A stretch of 64,000 nt of DNA from Vulcanimicrobiota bacterium (GTDB lineage Bacteria > Vulcanimicrobiota > Vulcanimicrobiia > Vulcanimicrobiales > Vulcanimicrobiaceae): contig OY970223.1 of the NCBI GenBank assembly GCA_963714015.1, positions 2,912,001-2,976,000 of the forward strand, given 5' to 3'. The notes under the pieces were generated by a model, which did no database searches, was not told the origin of the DNA, and saw only the letters and a program-made list of their open reading frames with translations. Both the position numbers and the translations under genes were made by a program. Positions 21,169 to 30,976 of the stretch are shown here, piece after piece (within the stretch, counting starts at the first letter, position 1; every line of letters begins with the position of its first letter).

Positions 21169-21617
21169 AGCGCGAGCTCCATTTCACGGCCCGCCTGAAA
21201 GCCCACACTCTCGTAAAGCGCCCGTCCTTCCTCGCTGGTGCGCAGACGCAAACGCGCACATCCTTGCGCTTTGGCCCACGCAATCGTGCACTGCATCAAC
21301 TCACGCGCGATGCCCCGGCGACGATAATCAGGTCTTACGTACACGGCGTTCACATGCGCGAAACGCATGTTGAAGCAAAAAGCCCGCCATTCATCGGTCA
21401 GCGACACGGCGGCCATGCCGATCGGCGCTCCGTCGTCGAATGCCAGAAACAACCGGCCGTGGTTCATGCCTTGCTTTCCGGCGAAGTAAAGGCAGAAACG
21501 CGTGCGCCAACCCGCGTCGCGTGCGTCGAGATCCGAGCCCATCTCCAGACCCATCTCTTGACGCAACTGCGCGGCGACCGGAAACTCCGAAGCGTCGGCG
21601 GGACGGCACCGGATCAT
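21165..21617 (-). CDS. GNAT acetyltransferase
   Basis: VYVRPDYRRRGIA, LYESVGF. Confidence 0.88.
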   Translation of the reverse strand: MIRCRPADASEFPVAAQLRQEMGLEMGSDLDARDAGWRTRFCLYFAGKQGMNHGRLFLAFDDGAPIGMAAVSLTDEWRAFCFNMRFAHVNAVYVRPDYRRRGIARELMQCTIAWAKAQGCARLRLRTSEEGRALYESVGFQAGREMELAL

Positions 21618-22567
21618 TTTCGAACCGAGACCTCGAGCAGCTTCGTCAACGCGTACACGACGCGCGTATTCGGAACGTCAACGCCGTAGCGATCCGCAAG
21701 CTCGACGACGGCGCCCGCAATGGGTTCGAGTTCCAGCGGTTTTCCGGCTTCGAGGTCCTGCAGCATCGAGGTCTTCACGTCGGCGATGTGCTCGGCCCAG
21801 CGCAGCCGCTCCTCGGCGTCAACTCCGGGATCCACGCCCGTCGCGCGCGCGACGCAGAGCCCTTCCCGGATGACGGCGCGCAACAGCTCGCGCACGCCGG
21901 CGTCCTGCAGCATCGAACGCACCGTCGCTCGCGTCAGCGCACTGACTTGATTGAGCGCCAAATTGTTCACTAATTTGCGCCAAATGTTCCGCCGGATGTT
22001 CGGCTCGATCGGCGCGTTCAGCCCCGCTTGTTCCATGATCCCCGCGAGGCTTTGAACGCGCTCGCTCCGCGAACCGTCGAGCTCACCGATTGGGTAGAGC
22101 CTTCCGCCGCTTTGCTCGACGAGTCCGGGTTCGACGACTCGGCCGGACGCGTGCACGACCCCGCCGACGATCCGATCGTACGGTAATGCGCGCTGAATAC
22201 GCCCGCCGGGATCGACGCTTTCAAGCGGACGATCCTTGGTGTACCAAAACGGCAAACCGTTCTGAAAGGTAACGAAGACTGCGCGATCCGAAACCGCTCG
22301 TTCAAATTGTTCGAGGGCGCCGCCCCATTGGTGCGACTTGAACGTCAGCAGTACGTAGTCGAGTCCGGCGAAGTCGCGCAGATCGTCCGATCCATCCACC
22401 CGCGCCGTAAAGTCGCCAAGCTCGCTGCGCACGCGAATGCCGCCGTTTCGAACGGCGCCGAGTTGTTCGCCGCGCGCCACGACGCAAACGTCATTGCCCG
22501 CGCGCCAAAGCGCCGCCGCAATAAATCCGCCGATTGCTCCAGCGCCGAAGACCGCTATTTTAGGCAT
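21614..22567 (-). CDS. panE: 2-dehydropantoate 2-reductase (PanE/ApbA family)
   Basis: GAGAIGG, FQNG, WRKL, TSMLQD, LELEPI. Confidence 0.85.
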   Translation of the reverse strand: MPKIAVFGAGAIGGFIAAALWRAGNDVCVVARGEQLGAVRNGGIRVRSELGDFTARVDGSDDLRDFAGLDYVLLTFKSHQWGGALEQFERAVSDRAVFVTFQNGLPFWYTKDRPLESVDPGGRIQRALPYDRIVGGVVHASGRVVEPGLVEQSGGRLYPIGELDGSRSERVQSLAGIMEQAGLNAPIEPNIRRNIWRKLVNNLALNQVSALTRATVRSMLQDAGVRELLRAVIREGLCVARATGVDPGVDAEERLRWAEHIADVKTSMLQDLEAGKPLELEPIAGAVVELADRYGVDVPNTRVVYALTKLLEVSVRK

Positions 22568-22641
22568 GTCTACTTATCGTGTCGGCTGCCCGTTCGCCAC
22601 CGGGATGACCTGCCTTGCGCGCCGGTCTTGACGATGACAAA

Positions 22642-22713
22642 AGGCGACGGGCAGATTCGAACTGCCGAATGGAGCTTTTGCAGAGCTCTGCCTTACCACT
22701 TGGCTACGTCGCC
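22642..22713 (-). tRNA. tRNA-Cys(GCA), no encoded CCA
   Basis: Cloverleaf GGCGACGTAGCCAAGTGGTAAGGC...CTGCAAA...GTTCGAATC...CGTCGCCT. Confidence 0.95.
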
Positions 22714-22753
22714 GTTACCTTTAACACTGCAGCCTTTTGGACTGCAGTCCCTA

Positions 22754-22824
22754 AGCGGGTGGCGGGAATCGAACCCGCGCGTCAACCTTGGGAAGGTCGC
22801 AGGCTACCATTACATCACACCCGC
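22754..22824 (-). tRNA. tRNA-Gly(CCC), no encoded CCA
   Basis: GCGGGTG...TTCCCAA...GGTTCGATTCC...CACCCGCT. Confidence 0.93.
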
Positions 22825-22916
22825 CCTCGCTGGGCGTCGGCCCTCGTTCTCGTTCACCGGGGCCGCGTCCTACAATCCCCGGCTGCCCCCTCGGGTTGCG
22901 GGCGGCGCCGTTTACG

Positions 22917-23603
22917 TCAACCGCCCAAAATATTGATCGCGCGGCCGGCGATGATCGCGATCGTGACGAGTGAGGTGAGCGCTTCGGCCATCATCAGCAG
23001 CTTTGCTGCGCCGGTGAGCGGAAACGTGTCCGTCGGGCTGAACGCCGTCGCATTCGTAAAAGAGAGAAACAGGTAGTCCAAGACGCGGGGACGCCACTGC
23101 AGCTCCTTACGGATTTCGGCAGAGAGCGCCATCTGCGGGAACAGGAAGTCCATGCCGGCCGGCCCGGCATCGGCAGGTCGATGAGCGCGCGGGTCCGGGC
23201 CGGCGCCGTCGATTTCCCAAAACCAGAGCGCGTAGACGATGACGTTCGTGAACCAAATCTGCACCGCCGCCAAAATAAGCACTTGACCGTTGATTTGGCG
23301 GTGCGCATGCGTCGAAATCAGGTCGTAGAGCAGCGCGACGATTGTGCCGGCGTTGAAGAGATTCACCAGCGCAACGGTTGCGATGGAAAGCCCGCGATGC
23401 CAAGGCGACTCGGCGTGTCGCGTCGGAGAAAAGATGTTCAGCGGTACCATAATAATGAGCACCAGCACCGGAAAGAGCCACAACGGCCCGATGACGAGCC
23501 GCGGCGGCAGCGTGACGTACAATCCCAGTGCCGCCAGCACGGCCAAAGCCGCGTGCCAGCGCGGCTCTTCCTTTACTACGGCCGTTGCGCCATGTTGCTG
23601 CAT
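22917..23603 (-). CDS. DUF1345-like membrane protein
   Basis: Multi-TM; WEIDGAGP, DFLFPQ, DYLFLSFTNATAFSPTD. Confidence 0.8.
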   Translation of the reverse strand: MQQHGATAVVKEEPRWHAALAVLAALGLYVTLPPRLVIGPLWLFPVLVLIIMVPLNIFSPTRHAESPWHRGLSIATVALVNLFNAGTIVALLYDLISTHAHRQINGQVLILAAVQIWFTNVIVYALWFWEIDGAGPDPRAHRPADAGPAGMDFLFPQMALSAEIRKELQWRPRVLDYLFLSFTNATAFSPTDTFPLTGAAKLLMMAEALTSLVTIAIIAGRAINILGG

Positions 23604-23676
23604 GCCGCCACGTTCGCGTGCGGCGGTGCGAGCGACCTTCGCGCATCCGCCCGCAGCGCCGCCGGGTCTTGGGCGC

Positions 23677-24033
23677 ATGGCAACAGATTTTCGGGACGGC
23701 AAAACCTTTCCGCGGCGGGGACGCGACACGCTCGGGGGCGCCATGTGGCTGCGCCGCGTGTTCGACAAGGCACGCGCGAACGCAAACGGCACCATTCACG
23801 ACTACATCTATCCATGCCCAATGGACAAAGGCGTTTTGGAGCGTTGGGGCGTCACGCCCGGCGAATTCGACGCGGCGATTAAGACCCAGACGACGGACGA
23901 GCAGATATTGGAGTGGCTCAACGCCCGCGCGACGCCGCAGCAGATCGACGCGGCCAATGCGTGGCTGGTGAACGAAAAAACCGAAAACTTGGACCGCCAG
24001 GATTCGGAAGAAGGCGCCGGCGCTACAATCTAA
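23677..24033 (+). CDS. DUF5069-like small protein
   Basis: PRRGRDTLGG..WL.R..DKARA..GTI.DYIYPCPMD. Confidence 0.75.
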   Translation: MATDFRDGKTFPRRGRDTLGGAMWLRRVFDKARANANGTIHDYIYPCPMDKGVLERWGVTPGEFDAAIKTQTTDEQILEWLNARATPQQIDAANAWLVNEKTENLDRQDSEEGAGATI

Positions 24034-24046
24034 CAAACACGCCGCT

Positions 24047-24733
24047 ATGGGCCAGATGATCGAATTCAAAAGAGCCGACGGCAAGCCGGCGCCGGGATAC
24101 TTGGCGTTGCCTCAAAACGCCGATTCCGCTGCGGGCGTCGTCGTAGTCGAAGAGTGGTGGGGCGTAACCCCGGACATTATGGAGATTGCGGACCGGTACG
24201 CGGAGCTCGGCTACCGCGCCCTGGTACCCGATCTTTTTCGCGGACGGACTGCGGCCAAGGGCGATGAAGCGAATCACTTGGTCGAGGGCTTGGATTTCCA
24301 AGACGCGTTCTCCCAAGACATTCGCGGCGCGCTGCAGCATCTAAAACAGAACGGCAAGAAAGCCGGCGTTACGGGATACTGCATCGGAGGCGCTCTGGCG
24401 CTGCTCGCGACGATGCACTTGAAAGAGCCCGACGCGGCCGTCGTTTTTTATGGTCTGCCGCCTGCGGAAGCCGGCGATCCGGCTGCCGTCGAAATCCCGC
24501 TGCTATTGCACTACGCGACGCAAGACGAGTTCTTCACGCCGGAGAAGGTGCGAGGGCTCGAGGAAAAGCTCAAAGCCGGCAAGGTTCCGTACCAGTTGCA
24601 TTGGTACGAAGCCAAGCACGGCTTTTGCAATCCCAATCCTCCCGGCCACGCGGGACTCGGTCATTACAATGCCGAGGCTGCGCAGACGGCGTGGAAGCGT
24701 ACGGTCGACTTTTTCAAGACGACGCTAGCGTAG
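24047..24733 (+). CDS. Dienelactone hydrolase family protein
   Basis: EEWWG, PDLFRG, GYCIGG, AKHGF. Confidence 0.9.
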   Translation: MGQMIEFKRADGKPAPGYLALPQNADSAAGVVVVEEWWGVTPDIMEIADRYAELGYRALVPDLFRGRTAAKGDEANHLVEGLDFQDAFSQDIRGALQHLKQNGKKAGVTGYCIGGALALLATMHLKEPDAAVVFYGLPPAEAGDPAAVEIPLLLHYATQDEFFTPEKVRGLEEKLKAGKVPYQLHWYEAKHGFCNPNPPGHAGLGHYNAEAAQTAWKRTVDFFKTTLA

Positions 24734-24748
24734 CGCTTTAAGAAAGAG

Positions 24749-25564
24749 TTACTCGAATTTCGTGCCGGCGTTGAGCGGTGCCGAACGCATCGCTCCTTGC
24801 TCCAGACCCCATTTCTGCAGCAAACGATCGTACGTGCCGTCGGCAATCAGCGTCTTGAGCGCCGATTGCAGTTTGTCGCGTAACCGGACGTTCTTCTTGG
24901 GAACCGCGATGCCGTAGGGCACGACGCCGAACTGCTCGCCTGCAACGGCGTAAGCTTTGCCGCCGTCGAGTGTGCGCGCAAGGTGCGCAACGACCGGATA
25001 ATCGGAGATGTGCGCCATCGATTCGCCGGCTAAGAAGTGCCTAAGCGCTTCGCCGTCCGTGCCGTAAGCCTTGACCGTAATCGCCTTGAGTCCGATGCCG
25101 GTGCATTTAGCGGACTGCGCTTGCACGGCGCTCGCTTGACTCGTGCCGCGCTCGAGGTCCACCGTCATGCCGCAAAGACTCGCCAGATTAAAAATGTGAT
25201 GCGGATTTCCGGCATGCACCAGCATGCCGCTGCCGGCCAGGAAATAATCGATGAAGTCGACTTGCTTCGACCGCTCGCGGGTATCCGACATCGCCGAGAT
25301 CACAACATCGTACTTGCCCCCGTTGAGCGCGTGCAGCAGATCGTTGAACTCGTGATTTTGGAACTCAACGCTCACACCGAGCTGCGATGAAAGCGCCTGG
25401 GCTAGATCGTAATCGAAACCTTCGGCTTTTTTGGAGTTGGCGGCGTAAAACTCGAGCGGCGCGTAGGAAATGTCGGATCCGACGCGGAGCGGGGAGGCCG
25501 CCGGCGCGCTCAGCGGCGCTAGGGCCAGAACGATTGCAAAGACGCGGGCAATCAAGGACTTCAT
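24749..25564 (-). CDS. Polar amino-acid ABC transporter substrate-binding protein
   Basis: Signal peptide, YAPLEF, GFDYDL, DGTYDRLLQKW. Confidence 0.88.
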   Translation of the reverse strand: MKSLIARVFAIVLALAPLSAPAASPLRVGSDISYAPLEFYAANSKKAEGFDYDLAQALSSQLGVSVEFQNHEFNDLLHALNGGKYDVVISAMSDTRERSKQVDFIDYFLAGSGMLVHAGNPHHIFNLASLCGMTVDLERGTSQASAVQAQSAKCTGIGLKAITVKAYGTDGEALRHFLAGESMAHISDYPVVAHLARTLDGGKAYAVAGEQFGVVPYGIAVPKKNVRLRDKLQSALKTLIADGTYDRLLQKWGLEQGAMRSAPLNAGTKFE

Positions 25565-25669
25565 TAAATCCTCCGGTTGTTGAAGCTTCATCCAATTTAT
25601 CGGTAGACAGCGTCCCGGAGGTTAGCCCGCAAGGACGCCTCGAGCGGTCGATGAACGGAGGCGCCTAGT

Positions 25670-26719
25670 ATGTCTGCCTCCGGAAAGACCCTTGTGGGCC
25701 ATCCCTTTCTGCGCGCGTGCCGGCGCGAACCGGTCCCCTATACGCCGGTTTGGCTGATGCGGCAAGCCGGACGCTATCTGCCCGAGTACCGATCGATACG
25801 CGACCGGTACTCGTTTTTGGACCTATGCCGGGACTCGGCCGCCTCAGCGCAGGTAACGGTCGATACGGTTCGGCGCTTGGGCGTCGATGCCGCAATCATC
25901 TTCGCCGATATTCTTCTTCCGCTCGTGCCGATGGGGCTTGGCTTGACCTATGAAAAAGGCGACGGGCCGCGCATCGCTCGCACGGTGCGCACGTCCGAGG
26001 ACGTCGATCGCCTTCATCCCGTCAACGTTGAAGAGTCGCTCGGGTTCGTTGCCCGCACCGTCGATCTGGTTAGGCGCGAGCTCCAAGACGAAGTGCCGGT
26101 CATAGGGTTCGCCGGTGCTCCCTTTACCGTCGCATCGTATGCGATCGAAGGGGGCGGTTCGCGCAACTACATCGCCACCAAAACGCTGATGCATTCGGAT
26201 CCGCAGACGTGGGGACGCTTCATGGAACGCATCGCTTCCCTCACTGCAGAGTACCTGAACATGCAAATCGCTGCCGGCGCCAACGCGGTTCAGGTCTTCG
26301 ACAGTTGGGTCGGGGCACTATCACCGGAGGATTACCGCCGATACGTGCTGCCGTATTCCAAACAGCTGATCGAATCGATCGCTCCGGGCATTCCGGTCAT
26401 TCATTTCGGAACGATGACCGCGGGATTGTTGACGCAGATGCGCGACGCCGGCGCAGACGTCATCGGCCTTGATTGGCGCGTGGAACTCGACGAGGCGTGG
26501 AACCGGCTGGGCGATTCCGTCGCCGTGCAAGGGAATCTGGACCCGGTGCTGCTTTTTACGGGCCGGGACAACGTGCGCGAAGGCGTGCGCGACGTCTTGC
26601 GGCGAGCCGGCGGGCGGCCGGGACACATCTTTAATTTGGGACACGGCATACTGCCGGAGACGCCGGTCGACAACGTGCTCGCGCTGGTCGACGCCGTTCA
26701 CGAATTCAGTCGCCGGTGA
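25670..26719 (+). CDS. hemE: Uroporphyrinogen decarboxylase
   Basis: PVWLMRQAGRYLPEY, GFAGAPFT, NLGHGI. Confidence 0.97.
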   Translation: MSASGKTLVGHPFLRACRREPVPYTPVWLMRQAGRYLPEYRSIRDRYSFLDLCRDSAASAQVTVDTVRRLGVDAAIIFADILLPLVPMGLGLTYEKGDGPRIARTVRTSEDVDRLHPVNVEESLGFVARTVDLVRRELQDEVPVIGFAGAPFTVASYAIEGGGSRNYIATKTLMHSDPQTWGRFMERIASLTAEYLNMQIAAGANAVQVFDSWVGALSPEDYRRYVLPYSKQLIESIAPGIPVIHFGTMTAGLLTQMRDAGADVIGLDWRVELDEAWNRLGDSVAVQGNLDPVLLFTGRDNVREGVRDVLRRAGGRPGHIFNLGHGILPETPVDNVLALVDAVHEFSRR

Positions 26720-27612
26720 TGACGCACGACGCCGTCGTGCTGCTCGGATTCGGCGGCCCGGAGCGTCCGGAAGAGATTCGGCCCTTTTTAGATCGCGTGC
26801 TCGAAGGCAGACCTATTCCGCCGGCGCGCTACGAAGCGGTGGTCGCACATTACGAGCACATCGGGGGACGATCTCCGTTCAACGATTTGGCCCGAAAGCA
26901 GGCCGCGGCACTCGAAGCCGCACTTCGCGAACGAGGTGCCGCCATTCCGGTCGAGCCGGCGTTTCTCAATGCCGCTCCCTTTGTCGAGGAGACTGCCGCG
27001 CGTCTCCAGCAGCGCGGTAAGACGCGTCCGCTGGCCATTATCTTAGCGGCCTTTCAGAGCCCCGCGAGCTGGCAAAAATACCAACGCTTTCCGGGCGCCG
27101 ACTACGCGCCGCCGTACTTCGATCGCGAGCTCTTCGTGCAGGCACACGCGCAACGCATCCGCGACGCGCTCGAACAGCGGCTGAACCGTTCGGATTTCGC
27201 CGATACGGCGCTGATCTTTACCGCGCACAGCATTCCGCAAGCGATGGACGACGCGAGTCCGTATTCGCAGCAGTACGCCCGCTGCGCCGAACTCGTCGCG
27301 CATGCGTCGGGCGCGGCTTCGTGGACGCTTTCGTATCAAAGCCGCAGCGGGGCACCTTCGGACAAATGGCTGGAGCCGGACGTGCGGGACGTCATTTCGG
27401 ATTTGCCGGCCAACGGTGTGCGTAGGGCCCTCGCAGCGCCCATTGGTTTTCTGCACGATCACGTGGAGGTACTGTACGATCTCGACGTCGGCGCGGCACG
27501 CGCAGCGCAATCCGCCGGCGTCGAATTCGCTCGTGCCGGCGCCCTCAACGATCATCCGCTGTTCATTCGGACGCTCGCGGATTTGACGATCGAATGCTCC
27601 GCATCGCGGTAG
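26716..27612 (+). CDS. hemH: Ferrochelatase (HemH/CpfC)
   Basis: GFGGPE, IGGRSP, FTAHSIP, YQSRSG, WLEPD, DHVEVLYDLD. Confidence 0.93.
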   Translation: MMTHDAVVLLGFGGPERPEEIRPFLDRVLEGRPIPPARYEAVVAHYEHIGGRSPFNDLARKQAAALEAALRERGAAIPVEPAFLNAAPFVEETAARLQQRGKTRPLAIILAAFQSPASWQKYQRFPGADYAPPYFDRELFVQAHAQRIRDALEQRLNRSDFADTALIFTAHSIPQAMDDASPYSQQYARCAELVAHASGAASWTLSYQSRSGAPSDKWLEPDVRDVISDLPANGVRRALAAPIGFLHDHVEVLYDLDVGAARAAQSAGVEFARAGALNDHPLFIRTLADLTIECSASR

Positions 27613-28929
27613 TCGGCGCAGGAATCAGCGGTCTTGCCGCGGCGCTCAGGCTCACCGACCTCGCGGCGGATCGCAGCGAGCAGTACGACATTACACTTTA
27701 CGACGCGAGCGAACGCGCGGGCGGTTGCGTCTCGACGGCGCGCGAGGGTGGTCTGACGATCGAATCCGGCGCCGATTCCATTTTGGTGGACAAGCCGCCG
27801 GGAATGCGAATGCTGGAGCGATTGCATCTTACCGATCGCCTCGTGCCGATGCAGCCTCAGTTCAAAGGCGCGCTGATCGTTTGCGACGGCACGCTGCGGC
27901 GATTGCCTCCGGAGTTTCGTTTGTTTTCGCCGATGTCGCTCCCGGCACTCGTTCGCAGCGGAATGTTTTCTTTCCGCGGCCTGGCGCGCGCGGCAATGGA
28001 GCCCTTCATTCCGCGGCGCCGCGACCAGAGCGACGAAAGTCTGGCATCTTTCGTGACGCGCCGCTTCGGAAAAGAAGTCCTGGACCGCTTGGCGCAGCCG
28101 CTCGTCGGGGGCATTTACTCCGCGGATCCTGCCCGGCTCTCGATGGAGGCGGCGCTTCCACAGTTCGTTCAGCTCGAACGCACCTACGGCAGCGTCATTC
28201 GCGGCATTGCGCGCAGCAGGTCTTCTCAAAAGCCGCCGCGGCTGATGAGTCTGGAAGGCGGCCTGGGCACATTGGTCGATGCAATGGAATCGCAACTAGC
28301 AAAGGTCAGCCGCGTGCGCGCACAGGTCGCGAGCTTGCAAACGCTGCGCGAGCGCCACGATCGCGTGATTCTCAGCTGTTCCCGCGCACCAATCAGCTCG
28401 CATCGTCCGCGAGAGCGCGCCGGAGCTTGCCGAGTTGCTCGCGCGAATTCGCTACAATTCCATCGCAACGGTGAATCTTGCCTACGAACGATCGGCGATT
28501 CCCGAGCTGCCCCGCGCCCAGGGATTCATCGTTCCGTTTTGTGAAGGCCGGCGCATCGTCGCTGCAACGTTCGTCTCCCAGAAATATCCCGGCCGCTCGC
28601 CCGAGAACGTGCAGCTGCTTCGCGCATTCATCGGCGGCGCATTGCAGGCGGACCTTTTGCAAGGCAGTGATGACGCGGTGGAACGGATCGCGCGCGAAGA
28701 GTTCGGCGCACTGCTCGGAATCGCAGTCCCGCCGGCTTTCTGCTCCATCAGCCGCATGACCGCACTCTTACCCGAGTACGGGCTCGGTCACATGCAGCTT
28801 GTGGATGCAATCGAAACCCGAGCGCTGGAAGCACGCATCGCCCTGGCCGGCGCGGCTTACCGTGGCGTCGGTATCCCCGACTGCATTCATTCGGGCGAAC
28901 GGGCGGCCGAACAGGCGGTGAGTATCTGA
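27594..28929 (+). CDS. hemY: HemY-type proto/coproporphyrinogen oxidase; +1 frameshift near 28374
   Basis: GAGISGL, ESGADS, GGIYS; C-terminus YRGVGIPDCI. Confidence 0.88.
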
Positions 28930-28971
28930 GCGTCCGCGGGGTATCATTCAACCGTTAAGAGGAGGACCCGT

Positions 28972-29532
28972 ATGCGTTTTTTACTCGCCGCTAGCATGAC
29001 CGTCGCGCTGGCATCGCTCTCGGCCGCGCCAAGCATGGCGGCCCTGGTGCCCGCAACCGGCTCGCAATATGCCGGCGTGCTCTCGCAATCCATAACTACC
29101 AAGTCTGCGTATCCCGGAGAGCCGGTGACGCTGACGCACGTGACGTCTGCGAGCGGCAGCATCGCGGGCGCGACAATGTACGGAACTGTGACCAGCGTCG
29201 TAAAGCCGGGACAAGGCCGCTCCGCACAATTGCAGATGACGTTTACCAAACTGGTGATGCCGAGCGGCGCGTCTTACGCCGTTGACGGCGTCGTAACCGG
29301 AATGCAAGCTCAGACCAAGAACAATACGCTTAAAGAAGCTGCCGGAACCGTAGCCGGTATGATCGTCGGGAACATCGTCGGTAAGACGATCTTTCATACC
29401 GGAGCGGGCGGCCTGCTCGGCGCCGCCGGCGGCTATCTCGTCGCGAAGAACAACCGCGCGGACGTGACCGTTCCGTCGGGATCTACGGTGCGCGTCATGC
29501 TGCGATCGGTCCGGCGGCAATCGTCCCACTGA
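28972..29532 (+). CDS. Secreted glycine-zipper protein
   Basis: AGGAGG SD, signal peptide, GxxxG repeats. Confidence 0.75.
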   Translation: MRFLLAASMTVALASLSAAPSMAALVPATGSQYAGVLSQSITTKSAYPGEPVTLTHVTSASGSIAGATMYGTVTSVVKPGQGRSAQLQMTFTKLVMPSGASYAVDGVVTGMQAQTKNNTLKEAAGTVAGMIVGNIVGKTIFHTGAGGLLGAAGGYLVAKNNRADVTVPSGSTVRVMLRSVRRQSSH

Positions 29533-29617
29533 CGGCTCTGAGCGGGTAGAGCGGCACATCGGGTCTTCAGGGTTGTTTCACACCTTCAGGCCACCATAGG
29601 CTCCTTGGAGGTGGTTC

Positions 29618-30262
29618 ATGAATCTCGCGCGCACCTGGATGACCCTCGCCGCTCTTGCGGGCATTGCCGTTGCCGGCTGCGGTGGAGGCGGCGGCAATAC
29701 TCCGCCGGTTACGACGCCAACGACCGCGCCGGGCGGCGGCGCCTCGTCATCTCCTTCGGCAAGTCCGGTTCCAACGCAATCGCCGACGCAGCCGCCCTCG
29801 TCCCCGCCCAGCCAGTCACCGTCACCGACCCCATCGCCGGCGGCAACACCGCTCGTGGTGCACATCGGATTTCAATTCAACGAGTTCACCGATCCGAAGT
29901 ACGGGCCGGTCTGGTATTACTCGTCAAACCCCAGTGCGTCGCAAGCCCAAGTGATTAACGTCAAATCGGGCTCGCAAGTGGTTTTTGAAAACGACGACAA
30001 GTTCGGTCTGCAGCACACCGGCTCGGGACTGGGCACCGGCCCCTTTCCGCAGCAGTTCGACAACAGCAGCGGCAAGAGCAGAAATGGTTCCGTGATAGAC
30101 GGATCGCTGACGTGGTCCACCGGTACGCTTAATCCCGGTCAGCGCTCGCAAGCGTTCACGATCGGACCGCCCGGAACGTATTATTTCGGCTGCAACTTCC
30201 ATTACACGACGCCGCCCACGCAAAACAACGGTTCGATGGGGGATGTCCTCGTTTCGCAATGA
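29618..30262 (+). CDS. Lipoprotein with Pro/Ser/Thr linker and cupredoxin (blue copper) domain
   Basis: Lipobox VAGC, GGAGGT SD; type-1 Cu ligands His(QHT), Cys/His(GCNFH), Met(SMG). Confidence 0.8.
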   Translation: MNLARTWMTLAALAGIAVAGCGGGGGNTPPVTTPTTAPGGGASSSPSASPVPTQSPTQPPSSPPSQSPSPTPSPAATPLVVHIGFQFNEFTDPKYGPVWYYSSNPSASQAQVINVKSGSQVVFENDDKFGLQHTGSGLGTGPFPQQFDNSSGKSRNGSVIDGSLTWSTGTLNPGQRSQAFTIGPPGTYYFGCNFHYTTPPTQNNGSMGDVLVSQ

Positions 30263-30286
30263 GACTGCAAGCGCGAAAAAAAAATA

Positions 30287-30359
30287 TGCCAAGGGCCGGA
30301 ATCGAACCGGCGACACCGCACTTTTCAGGCGCGTGCTCTACCAACTGAGCTACCTTGGC
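30287..30359 (-). tRNA. tRNA-Phe(GAA), no encoded CCA
   Basis: GCCAAGGTAGCTCAGTTGGTAGAGC...CTGAAAA...GGTTCGATTCC...CCTTGGCA. Confidence 0.96.
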
Positions 30360-30427
30360 ACAGCCGCAGGCCGCGGCGAACCGCCCTCGTTTCTATGCGC
30401 GGGGGCCGTCCCCTCCCCTCAAATGCA

Positions 30428-30455
30428 GAAGCCGCCGGTTCGTTCCGGCGGCTTC
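30428..30455 (-). terminator. Intrinsic terminator-like hairpin after the small acidic ORF
   Basis: GAAGCCGCCGG/CCGGCGGCTTC 11-bp stem, weak U tail. Confidence 0.6.
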
Positions 30456-30504
30456 CGATTGTCTGTTACGCTCTAGAGTTTAGCGGGCAGTGTGGTGCAA
30501 TGGC

Positions 30505-30651
30505 CTACTCCTCATACGAAGTTTCTGCGAACGTCATGCGCGGACGATTGCTGTCCCACTCTTCTTCCTGATCGAATTTCGAGCGGACTTCGCGCGGTTC
30601 GTCCAACCACTGCGGCCCCAAACCGAGGTCGCGAGGGTCGTCACCGTACAT
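30505..30651 (-). CDS. Small acidic protein, 48 aa (not in ORF track)
   Basis: MYGDDPRDLGLGPQWLDEPREVRSKFDQEEEWDSNRPRMTFAETSYEE; GAGGT SD 6 nt upstream; downstream hairpin. Confidence 0.65.
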   Translation of the reverse strand: MYGDDPRDLGLGPQWLDEPREVRSKFDQEEEWDSNRPRMTFAETSYEE

Positions 30652-30749
30652 GCTTTTACCTCGTGCAATTATTTTACAGAAATCTTGCGCGGGGCGTGTA
30701 GGACCGGGAAGATATCTTTACAAATCGCCGCCCCTCCGGGGCGCCGCCT

Positions 30750-30971
30750 TCAGTTCGGTTTGAGTACACCCGCTAAGCCGACGCTCACGGCTTTGAGAGC
30801 GCTGAGTGCGGCATGTTCTGCTGCGCTGCTGATACTCAAGCAAAGGTTAGCGGCGGTGAGCGCGTTCGCCGGCGTCGGAAGCATTCGCGCGGTTACGCCG
30901 GCGTCCCGCAACACTTTGGTGGCCAACATGGTGTCGGTGTTGCTCGCGAAGCAGAGGATCGGATCTTCCAT
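30750..30971 (-). CDS. DUF3343-like small protein, 73 aa
   Basis: MEDPILCFASNTDTMLATKVLRDAGV..MLPTP..CLSI pattern. Confidence 0.7.
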   Translation of the reverse strand: MEDPILCFASNTDTMLATKVLRDAGVTARMLPTPANALTAANLCLSISSAAEHAALSALKAVSVGLAGVLKPN

Positions 30972-30976
30972 CGCCG

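Noticed and set aside
19894..21198. Long antisense ORFs (opposite recG, and similarly 4203..5540)
   Set aside because: Typical high-GC shadow frames opposite well-supported genes
25954..25967. 14-bp match to the tRNA-Cys 3' end
   Set aside because: Inside intact hemE coding sequence; chance match
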